NCBI GenBank assembly: GCA_002633005.1
Contig: NMRA01000345.1
Coordinates: 62,001-126,000, forward strand
Length of the DNA: 64,000 bases
DNA from: Phoronis australis
Lineage: Eukaryota; Animalia; Phoronida
Direction of reading: 5' to 3'
In this document: positions 1-9,693 of the stretch, in pieces
Layout: each line of letters starts with the position of its first letter
How positions within the stretch are numbered: position 1 is the first letter of the stretch
The notes under the pieces: generated by a model
Databases searched by the model: none
The model's input: only the letters and a program-made list of their open reading frames with translations
What the model was told of the DNA's origin: nothing
Position numbers and translations under genes: made by a program

Positions 1-368
1 GCTGTATATCTAAAACCCACTGCAGGATCTTTATTAAATGTAGTAAGTGAATTTAAATGAAGACAACAGACGACGACTTTCAGGCGGATCAAACGGACAC
101 TGTGCCCAAAAGTGGCAATTTCATTTTGTACCGTTTTCCTTTATTTCTCTGAAGTTCCTTGACAGATTTGTATGAAATATGGCATGTTCCTGTTTTTGGA
201 TGGATTGTACATTTTTGCACCATCTAGTGGCCATTTTTATGATACAGATATATAACCCTAAAAGCACACCATTTGCGATGCATTCCTGGGCGCATTTCAT
301 TGCTCCGCGTTGCTCTTGTTTAATAAATATATTTCCTAACTGAATGTTTGATACTCTTTATACGTCAG

Positions 369-421
369 GTACAGTGGATCAGCCCCCACCGCTATGGAGT
401 CATCGCATGCTGTGACATCTG
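369..421 (+). CDS. USP14: USP14 exon (YSGSAPTAMESSHAVTS)
   Basis: AG acceptor, GTCAGT donor; phase joins next exon; position matches segment before ..LHMAFPQF. Confidence 0.75.
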
Positions 422-3400
422 GTCAGTGTTTTGTGTTGACTAATCTAACTTACATGAATCCTTCTTCTGTTTATTCTATGGATTTTTATTGTTGACACAT
501 ATAAATTGACTTACGTTCATTTGTAGTATGAAAGTTTTTTTTTAAACTTTTGTAAGTGCTATTTTTGTCCACCTCTAAAGTACGTAGTGACCCAAAAATA
601 TGGCAAAAGTTAAAACATATGTAAAACTCTAAACTTGAGTTCTTTTGGAAAGAACAAGAAATTCAATGCAAGCCATCTCATATGATGTAAATGTCGTCCA
701 CAGACAAAAATGTTTGACGATCCAAATAGCTGTGTTCTCTCACTTTTCCGCTCTGATACCAGTGGCCTGTTAGTATATGGTCGTGGCCTGAGTACCTTAC
801 TATTTGCCATTTGACTTGTGCAAGTTTGCTTGAAACTGTTAGAGTAAAATAATTGCTAAATATGCCATATTTTCAATTTTCGCGGGCTCCCAACATTAGT
901 TGTAAATAGCTACAATTTTTCAAAACTTTGTTTGATGATATCTTTTGTACAAAACATGAAAATAGAGTATCATATGGTGCTTCATAGTTTTTAGGAAATT
1001 GATCAAATAAAGGTTCCCTTGTCGGCGATATTGTGTATTATATTGGTGTGAGATTACCATAGTGAAGGTGATACAGCTTTGATTCAGCTGATCAGACACA
1101 CACAGCTTATTGCATTATATATTTCTAATAATTTTGTATGAAATTAACGTATCTTTTACTGTAAAATTTATTGCCAAGCTGGTCAAAAAACACCTTCAAG
1201 GAAAGGTAACATGACTCCTGCCCAAATATAGGGGATAATATTTGCTTTTCTTCATGCAGCCATGAAGGAACTCATTGTGACGATGGAAAAGTCGGGCAGT
1301 TCATTCACACCATTCATGTTTCTAAGCGTGCTTCACATGGCCTTCCCTCAGTTTTCCGAGAAGACAGAGCAAGGAGTGTTCCAACAGCAGGTTAGTAACT
1401 TACTGATACTGCATTCCCCTGGTGGAGTTTTAAAAGAAGGCAGGTAGGATGTTTAGTCCGAAGGCAGATCAGATGCTTTAAGTATACATTTGCGGAGGCA
1501 TCCCGTCTGCCGTCTGATGAATGATTAGCATAACGTTTACGTTCTGGCCAATTGCATGGAGTCACTATGCGAGGCAAATCCTTCACCAAATATCACAACA
1601 TTGGAATGTATGATTTTTTTGGTAAGAAACCTGATCTGCCATCTGATTTGGGGTTGGGTGCTAACAAGAAATATCAGCCGTCTGACGGGTGTTCACACGG
1701 GAAGTTTTGCAGATGGCATGTCAGCCGTCTGATCATAAAGCAGACCAGAAGCAATGTGAATGCAGAAATATCTTAGCATTGTCACCAGGGACTGATTTCA
1801 TTTACTCGAGGTTGCAGCTAAAGCTGTCATATTAAATATACTGACATGCAGTTCATTTTCAAGCTGCTTGTGAAGTTGACCATTTTGTGCCTATGACCAT
1901 TTCTGCTGCAACTGGACATACTATTCTGATAAAACATGTCACTAGCACATAAATTTTGAGAGTCAACAAAAACGTGTGAGCACTGATTGATTTTTACATT
2001 TTCCGTTGTCAATGTGAAATACAAGTTTCTTAGTGTTTGTTAAAATGTCTTGGGAACAACTGGGACAGAAGTTAAGTAAATCCTGTTGATCACTTTAGTT
2101 CCAACACCTTCCTCCAAGTCATGTTTTAATTCTAACATCCCCAGGACGCCAATGAGTGCTGGACTCAGCTAGTGAGGTGTCTTCAGGAGAAGCTGCCTGC
2201 ATCTAATGAAGTGGCGCCCTCTGCTGCTGCTGCGAGAAGTAGAGGCTTTATACAGCAGTACATGTCAGTGGAGCTGCAGACATCGTATCCTTTGGTTTTG
2301 TGCGATAATGTCAAATTTTTCTGTGTTGTTTTAATGCTGTTTAATCTAGAATTAATGGACATAGAAATAGTGCGGTACGGTTTTCAGACAAAAAATAGTT
2401 GAAATTACTCTTCTTCAATTCTCGAAGACTTTTTTCATTGTTGGGAATGCCGTATGCACATCACAGGTAGCTATGGTACAGAACCTGAAAGCTGTTAAAC
2501 CACGTGACTGATTGTATGCTATTGGTGTTTTATGATGAATTAACGCCAGCTAAATTCTCCGTCGTGTCCAAGATACCAGTCGGAGTATCCTGAATGACGA
2601 GTCTTGATTGGTCATTGCCTGTTGTGACGGGGATTTGTCCGATTACTTCCAGGAAATGCTGATTGCAATCGCACATTTTCTTTAACCTAATTCTCTCAGT
2701 ATGAAGTGTATTGAAGCTGAGGACGAACCTGTGAGCAATGCCTCTGAGACTCTCTATCAACTGAGTTGTTTTATAGAAAAAGGTAATCCTTCCCTGTTTA
2801 GAGATTTCTTTGATATAATAATTCTCTATCTTGCTCTTGCACGCACTAACCATGTGGTTTCTGAACTTCTGCTTTTTCATTCATTCGGAATTCAAAGTAC
2901 ATCTTTTTAGGTTCATAACTTGTCATTCATTATGTGATTTTATGAACAATGCAAGTTTCTGCACCACATAAAGTACTGTCTTGTGTTACTAAGCCAAATT
3001 CAGGCAATCACAAAAATTTGGCAAGGATTTTTTCAGTCTCCAAATTTTGTTACTTCCCACTACATTTCTTGTTCTTTGAATTTTAACAGCCAAACTACGG
3101 TATGACTCTGGCTAAAGTTACTAAAAAGGCAAAACCTTTGTTTTGTGGTGACATAAAATGCCATTGAAATTTGTGTAGCTTCATCAAATATGGTGGAAAG
3201 CGAATTGAAAACAAGCAAAATAATGTCGTAGTAATTTATTTGAAAATTTGCCAAACGTTTTTGTCTGAGAATCTTGCGAGTTGTGGATGAGAAGAGGTTT
3301 CATCAATCCATCTTTTTGAAAATTACTGTTTGTACATCACTGGAAATTACTTTTTCACGTGTTAAGTTGTCAAGTAGGTTTATTTGTCATTTGTTTCTCT

Positions 3401-6400
3401 TTGGGTTCGTGTAAAAATACCGTGTAGCTTTGTTGAAGATTTTTTTGTCTTCTCGAGCTTCTAGTGAAGGTCACATTATTATAAAAATGGGTAAACATTT
3501 TACCTCGCTCAACTTGTCGTCTTTGGGACCTTGATCAAAGCAACAACTTATTCGAGTACAGACTTAAGTGTGTACTTAAGTATGGGGATGTAATTGGGAT
3601 GGAAGAAAAGTCAGTGAGTTATGCAGGCTGGCGAGTTATGCAGGCTGGCGAGTTATGCAGGCTGGCGAGTTATGCAGGCTGGCGAGTTATGCGATGATGA
3701 GTTTTTAATGCCCTTAAAACCGATGAAGTGTGTATTATTTGTTAACAGAATTAGCATAGTATATTAAGGATAATTTCCTGTTTTGATGATTATTTAGATG
3801 TCAAATACATGCAGACGGGACTGAACTCTAGACTAAAAGAACACATCACCAAACATTCACCCACGCTGGGAAGGGACGCGCAGTACGAAAAGACAGTAAG
3901 TTCTAATTGGAATTCAGCCACTCAAGTCTGGTTATTCAGTTCGATACTTTAGACCTTTGGGTCATAAGTATATCAAAGTGGATTTAAGTCGTATCTACAT
4001 GAATGCATTTCAGTTGTTTATCAACTGTTTAACAATTTACCTATTATGCCATCTTAGCCAGGATACGGCATGTTCAGATCTGTTAAGCTAGTAACCCTTA
4101 ATTAAAATCACAAATCTTCCATCATTTTATTTCCGGATATTGAATTCACACATTGCGTTATTGAGGAAGGCTTATTGGTCAGTATGGGCAAAACTTAGTA
4201 TACTTTTCGTTTTTACTGGACAGTATTGCAACCAAAATCTCAGTCGAGATTTAGTTGCACTCTGGCTTGAATTCTTTTTGTTATTTGCGCAGATACTCAG
4301 CTAATACGTTGCTATGGTTTTAGTATGTCATTTTCCATCCATAATCAGACATAGTGCAGACACTATCTCTCGGTGCTTTGTTTTCAGGGTAAAATCAGCC
4401 GCCTTCCCAGTTACATGACCATCCAGTTTGTGCGCTTCTACTATAAAGAAAAGGAGGCGGTGAATGCAAAAATTCTGAAAGACGTCAAGTTCAGCATGTC
4501 CCTGGACCTGTTCGATATGTGCACTGAGGATTTACAACAGAAGTTGGTGCCGGCTAGGGAGAAGTTCAAGGCAGAGGAGGATAGGAGAGTGGAGGCGGTC
4601 ACCCAGGTGAGGGAGTGAGGCTGGTGGGTGAGGGAGTGGGGCGAATGAGTGATCGGGTGGGGCAAGTGGGTGAGTGAGTGGGGCAGGTGGTAAGGGTATG
4701 GCAGGTGGATGAGGGGATGGGGCAGGTGGGTGAAGGAGTGGGCCAGGTGGGTGAAGGAGTGAGCCAGGTGGGTGAAGGAGTGGGCCAGGTGGGTGAAGGA
4801 GTGGGCCATGTGGGTGAGGAAGTGGGGAATGTGAGTGAGGAAGTGGGACAGGTGGTGAGGAGGTGGGACAGGTGGGTGAGGGAGTGGGGTAGGTGGGTGA
4901 GGGAGTGGGGTGGGTGGGTGAAGGTGGGCCCATTACTGAGGAGTGGGACCTGAATAGTTGTTCTGTTTACGGAAGACTTACAGGTGCCAGCTTGAGAGAA
5001 TTTTAAGGCATCAAGGATTGAGTGATCGAGTGGGGATGGAAGTGAGGGAACTACTGAAGGTTGGGGCTTGAGAGTTGGGTATGTGCACAGGGTTGCTGTG
5101 GAAATGGAAGGTAGGCTGATATTTTTACAAAATATTTCTGTTCTGACACATGCGAAACCTCATTTCAAATCGCAGTCGTCCAGTAATCCAGTACCATTAT
5201 CAAGGGTAGGAGACCAGTGGCGCCTTCATTCTTTCATTCTACCAAATGTATTTGATAATTCCTAGGATTGTTCAGATGCATATGGAAATTCTCATTTGTA
5301 TGGTGTCTCCAAAAAAATTGGCGTATTTAATTATTTTTGTAGGCAAAGTTAACAGGTGAAAAAGTCAAAGAAAAGAAAACAAGAAAAGAACCTCATGAGT
5401 TCCCTGATGGTTGGTATAAGTTTTGTTCCATTGCCTATCCTCCTGAGACAAAATAAGATTCTTTTCTTTTATGGAAACGTTAGAATTTATCTGTTGTACA
5501 AATACAATCTGTCTTGCTGAAGTTCTTGGTACAGTGACTCCTTTCCTGGACATAAGCAGCCGATTTCATAAGGTGGTTAAGCCTGGTTTAAACTGGACTT
5601 AGACCAGGTTTAAAGATAATCTGCATTTCATAAAGATGGCTTAACTTTTAGACCAGTGGTCTAAGTCAGTTTTCATTTCACCAACTAGGTCTATATTCTT
5701 TAGACCTGTATAAAGATCTTAAACCAGGTTTAACTTTAGACTTGGTCAGACCCAGGTTTAACTGACTTGCATGATATAGGTGCAACTGAATGATGCCACG
5801 ATGTGCATTTATGAATTAGCTGTAGAGCAAAAATGGACTATTTTCAATATTCAGTTTTACGACAACACAGGTTCAAATGTAGCAGGGGCTGATCCACGAT
5901 TTTTAAAGGGGGGGGGGGTCGGTCAAGGACTTTTTAAATTGGGGGGACCAAGTCAACAATTTGAAAGTTGTAGAATTACTAAAATCAAGGGAAAAAGGGG
6001 GTCCGGACCCCTTGACCCCCTTGGATCCGCCTATGTGTAGACCAGTACGTGCTGGATGGTGTCCTGCGGATTCCTCAGAATAGGACTGGTAGAACAGGGC
6101 GTCGTTGTTGTAAGCGCTACGAGTTTGACTGAAGACAGCATTTTCTGATTCTTCTGAGTTCCATCTCCATCGGTCTCCGATTTAATGTTGCCGGGAAGAG
6201 GTCTTGGCCATGAAAAATAAACACTAAAATGGCACGGAAATAAAATTAGACCAGGTTTAGGAAGAACAGGTTTAAGTCTTAAACCTGGTTTTGTTAAACC
6301 ATGAAATCGGCTGAAGGTGTTTTTTCTTTGACTGCGTATAGTAGTAGAAGACAAAATACCGTTACCTCCTAACTAACTTTCCTGTTAATTCCCCCTTCGT

Positions 6401-9400
6401 TCTCGGTCATCAGGGGAGACTATTCTGATGGTGAATTTGGCTTCTGCCCAGTCACTGTGACGATCTTCCCGGTCATTTTGCCTGAAGACTTTTGCCTTGT
6501 ACTTTATGTTCTATGAAATAATAGTTTATGGAGCTGAGACATGAAACAATCCATTGTCATGTTGATGAAAGTGCCTTGACAATAATATTCATGTATGGTT
6601 CTGACAATGTGTACCCTGTGTTTATTTCTAAGTCTGTATTAACGTGACTTTTATTCTTTTATCGAGACTACTGAAAGTGGTGAAGGCTTATTTGTGACCC
6701 GTGAAACAGTATTTTTACGATGTGTGAATATGAAAGTGGTGTTTTTTTGTTTTGTATCAGATTTGTGAACTGTGATTTGAAGATCATCATGAATGTGATT
6801 CTGATTCTATATCTCAAGGATGTTGTGAACTGAAAGAACAGTCTCAGTTCGTGAACATGAACATGATGCCCAGGGGCGAGAATTGATGTGAGGAAGCGAC
6901 AAAATTCAATCGTGATCTATGGAAATCAAAAAAGTGAATGTGAACTGTGAATTTGATGAATTTTAATTATGTGTGCAAACCACGTCTGATGGGTTTTGAT
7001 AGCTCGTTTGATATATTTGCACACTTTTCAGATGTTGGGTCTAACAACAGTGGTTATTATGAGCTTAGTGCCGTGCTCACTCACAAGGGGCGCTCCAGCA
7101 CCAGTGGTCATTACGTTGCCTGGGTGCGCAGGTCAGGAGGTAAGAAGAACGTCATACACTCACATATGCGTACCTGTAGGCATACTGTTATCATCGCCAT
7201 CTGGTGGGGGGCTGCGCGTGCCTAAGTTCAGGAATTTTGATCAAGTTTAAAAAGTATGTTCCTGTCAATGAGTGATTAGTTCACTAACTTGAGGATGCTT
7301 CCTGCAGACGTGTTTTTGTTGAGAGAGGCTGGCATTTTCTTTTACTATTACTCCACACCCTAGAGGTTTAGGTCTCTCTACCAAACCCTTAAAGATGTAT
7401 TCACATGCTCGTAACTTTGCTAATGTATAGCAGTAATTAAATGACAATGCCATTTGAACATCATCTACGCTAAACAAAGTGCAGTCACTGTTGTATTCAT
7501 TGACAACTTGTAAATGTGGAAACAAAAAAATTAGCAAATAGGTGACCTTTGCACTAATGACCTACCTCTCAGGCAAACATAGCCCGCATCGTGTAGTGTT
7601 ATTCCCCAGCACCACGTCACGATACTTATTGGACACGGTTCAGTTATGTGTGGCAGATCATGTTTGCCACAAAACTCGTAAAAACTGCTTCATATTCACA
7701 TCGTCGTTATATGTTGTGTTTCTAACTAATTTGGGCAAGCAATCACAGAGATAAGGAATTAGCCTGCAATTTCCACTTTAAAGATCTAATCTTACGCTTG
7801 TTAAAGACATCTGGTGCACTGTTTTCAGAAAAGACATGTTAAAAAACTGTTTCAATAATTTTTAAGAAGGGAATGTATACATTTGTCAAATACTGTCCGA
7901 CTACAATTGTCTGCTTAATTCAGTGTGGTTGGTAATAGTATCTGGCTTGATTGTCTTTATCAACTTGTAACCACACATTCTGTGTTGCAGATGACTGGCT
8001 TATGTTTGATGACGACATGGTCACTGCAGTGCACGCTGACGACATTCTCAAGCTGTCCGGAGGAGGTAAAGTGACTCCCGAGTCAGCTCTGGGGACTCTT
8101 TAAGTTGCTGTAGTTTTGAGACTATTATAGAGCTAGGAAAAGGACGATGCTATAGGATTTGTCTAATCCGTGACACACAAAATCAATGCGAAATTCATTT
8201 ACACTAAAATTCTACTGTAAGGGAGACTCTGTCCTATCTTCACCATGAGAGGATGTAAAATTGCATAGTTGAGAAGACTAATGAATTGAATGGATAATCC
8301 ATTACTCATTATTTATTCTTGTTAGGGAGGAGCAATTACTGTGTAAACATCTATACAGTAATTATTGTCCTGTAGTGTTTTCTGGAAATATTTTGTTTGA
8401 TAGTTATGCGTACAAAAAATGCCCAGATCGTGGTTTTTTAAATTTTGATTTTTCATGGACATCGACTTAATTTCCACAGACTTTTTTTCACATGAAACTT
8501 GTAAATTCTGTTGTTTTATTCTGTTAGNGGCTTGATTGTCTTTATCAACTTGTAACCACACATTCTGTGTTGCAGATGACTGGCTTATGTTTGATGACGA
8601 CATGGTCACTGCAGTGCACGCTGACGACATTCTCAAGCTGTCCGGAGGAGGTAAAGTGACTCCCGAGTCAGCTCTGGGGACTCTTTAAGTTGCTGTAGTT
8701 TTGAGACTATTATAGAGCTAGGAAAAGGACGATGCTATAGGATTTGTCTAATCCGTGACACACAAAATCAATGCGAAATTCATTTACACTACAATTCTAC
8801 TGTAAGGGAGACTCTGTCCTATCTTCACCATGAGAGGTTGTAAAATTGCATAGTTGAGAAGACTAATGAATTGAATGGATAATCCATTACTCATTATTTA
8901 TTCTTGTTAGAGAGGAGCAATTATTGTGTAATCATCTATACAGTAATTATTGTCCTGTAGTGTTTTCTGGAAATATTTTGTTTGATAGTTATAGAAAAAA
9001 ATTCAGGTCAAAAAGATTGGTTTTTTGTTTGACTCTGTAGTAGTTTTTAAGGTAACTAGTTATCTTTGTTACCAACAATCAAATTTCTGATTAGTATGTG
9101 TTGCAGGTGCATGAAACTATACTTTTAAGTTTTTCACGATTTACAGAATCTTCTTATGCGTACAAAAAATGCCAGATCGTGGTTTTTTAAATTTTGATTT
9201 TTCATGGACATCGACTTAATTTCCACAGACTTTTTTCCACATGAAACTTGTAAATTCTGTTGTTTTATTCTGTTAGCGTCAAGTGACCATGATAAACATG
9301 TGACCTGCCATTTTTGTCTATCATTCAGGTGATTGGCACTGTGCTTACGTGCTCCTGTACTCTCCTAAAGTTCTTGAAGTGGAAGATGAGAGCGCCATGG

Positions 9401-9411
9401 AAACGGCGTAA
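369..9411 (+). CDS. USP14: Ubiquitin carboxyl-terminal hydrolase 14 (USP14/Ubp6), 5'-partial; exons 369-421,1260-1390,2145-2284,2700-2782,3798-3895,4388-4606,5343-5409,7032-7139,7991-8065 (duplicate 8576-8650),9329-9411
   Basis: Phase-consistent spliced ORF with LHMAFPQFSEK..QQQDANECW, LSCFI, ISRLPSYMTIQFVRFYYKEK..NAKILKDVKF, GSNNSGYYELSAVLTHKGRSSTSGHYVAW (His box), WLMFDDD, LSGGGDWHCAYVLLY; stop TAA 9409-9411. UBL domain and Cys box lie upstream of the window. Confidence 0.96.
1260..1390 (+). CDS. USP14: USP14 exon (AMKELIVTMEK..LHMAFPQFSEKTEQGVFQQQ)
   Basis: tgcag acceptor, GTTAGT donor, USP14 motif. Confidence 0.93.
2145..2284 (+). CDS. USP14: USP14 exon (DANECWTQLVRCLQEKL..VELQT)
   Basis: QQDANECW motif; ends at U12-type donor GTATCCTTT. 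Confidence 0.93.
2285..2699 (+). other. U12-type (minor spliceosome) GT-AG intron
   Basis: 5' site GTATCCTTT; branch-site-like TTTTCTTTAAC at 2676-2686, 13 nt before the end of the intron; frame preserved (QT-S-MKC). Confidence 0.88.
2532..2662 (+). ncRNA. Candidate intronic box C/D sno/scaRNA
   Basis: C box ATGATGA 2532-2538, D box CTGA 2659-2662, internal CTGA/ATGACGA 2590-2600, internal stem TCTCCGTCG/TGACGGGGA; no target identified. Confidence 0.45.
2700..2782 (+). CDS. USP14: USP14 exon (MKCIEAEDEPV..QLSCFIEK)
   Basis: MKC..QLSCFI motif; GTAATC donor. Confidence 0.93.
3618..3692. repeat. 17-bp tandem repeat (GTTATGCAGGCTGGCGA) about 4.4 copies
   Basis: Direct reading. Confidence 0.95.
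3798..3895 (+). CDS. USP14: USP14 exon (DVKYMQTGLNSRLKEHITKHSPTLGRDAQYEKT)
   Basis: VKY..GL..RL.E.ITK.SPTL.R.A.Y motif; GTAAGT donor. Confidence 0.93.
4388..4606 (+). CDS. USP14: USP14 exon (GKISRLPSYMTIQFVRF..VEAVTQ)
   Basis: ttttcag acceptor, GTGAGG donor, strong USP14 motif. Confidence 0.96.
4607..4950. repeat. G-rich minisatellite, ~21-bp unit GGGCCAGGTGGGTGAAGGAGT
   Basis: Direct reading; explains the low-complexity ORFs at 4441-4953. Confidence 0.9.
5343..5409 (+). CDS. USP14: USP14 exon (AKLTGEKVKEKKTRKEPHEFPD)
   Basis: tttgtag acceptor, GTTGGT donor; phase 0/1 bridges neighbours; EP..F.D motif preceding D.GSNN. Confidence 0.85.
5557..6313. mobile_element. Non-autonomous DNA transposon (MITE), Harbinger-like
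   Basis: Perfect 13-bp TIR CAGCCGATTTCAT/ATGAAATCGGCTG, AAG on both flanks (3-bp TSD), many subterminal AGACCAGGTTTAA-type repeats. Confidence 0.8.
5883..6035. mobile_element. Small MITE nested in the 5557-6313 element
   Basis: Ends CAGGGGCTGATCCA / TGGATCCGCCTATG; 5-bp TSD TGTAG. Confidence 0.8.
7032..7139 (+). CDS. USP14: USP14 exon with His box (DVGSNNSGYYELSAVLTHKGRSSTSGHYVAWVRRSG)
   Basis: Catalytic His motif GHYVAW; GTAAGA donor. Confidence 0.97.
7991..8065 (+). CDS. USP14: USP14 exon (DDWLMFDDDMVTAVHADDILKLSGG), copy 1
   Basis: W..FDDD catalytic Asp motif; canonical splice sites. Confidence 0.9.
8576..8650 (+). CDS. USP14: Identical second copy of the same USP14 exon (probable assembly duplicate)
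   Basis: Same 75 nt at offset 585, inside a block duplication that starts at an N (8528). Confidence 0.55.
9329..9411 (+). CDS. USP14: USP14 terminal exon (GDWHCAYVLLYSPKVLEVEDESAMETA*)
   Basis: GGGDWH.AYVLLY motif, stop TAA. Confidence 0.95.
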
Positions 9412-9687
9412 AGTCAGCATGAATTGTACATCGTCTCTGTTTGTTTATTATTGTGACATTACAAGTCAAAGTTTGTGAGGAATCCTGCTACAGAAAGCGC
9501 CGCAGGTGTTGAGTGATACTCGTTCAAGCTCTTCATTTTCTAGGACTCGCAGAAAATGCAAATTTTATTTTGTCAAATTTCTAAAATAATATTAAGCAAA
9601 TTTCAATTCATTGTTATCACGTAGCAATAATTGATGCAATTATGAGCTCTTGCATCAGTTTAGTTATAACCTTTGAAACATTGAAGA

Positions 9688-9693
9688 AATAAA
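9688..9693 (+). terminator. Candidate USP14 polyadenylation signal AATAAA
   Basis: AATAAA about 280 nt after the stop codon. Confidence 0.45.

Larger units (their letters stand above)
7944..9276. repeat. Tandem duplication 7944-8527 / 8529-9276 across a single N
   Basis: Near-identical blocks; copy 2 is 164 bp longer. Confidence 0.92.

Noticed and set aside
1409-1765. Possible MITE with CTGCATTC/GAATGCAG ends and internal CGTCTGA repeats
   Set aside because: Only 8-bp terminal match and no clear TSD.
3618-3692. CRISPR-like short repeats (also 62929-62996 and 25387-25452)
   Set aside because: Head-to-tail repeats with no spacers, eukaryotic context, no cas genes.
4441-4953. His/Pro/Gly-Val-rich ORFs on both strands
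   Set aside because: Translations of an intronic G-rich minisatellite.
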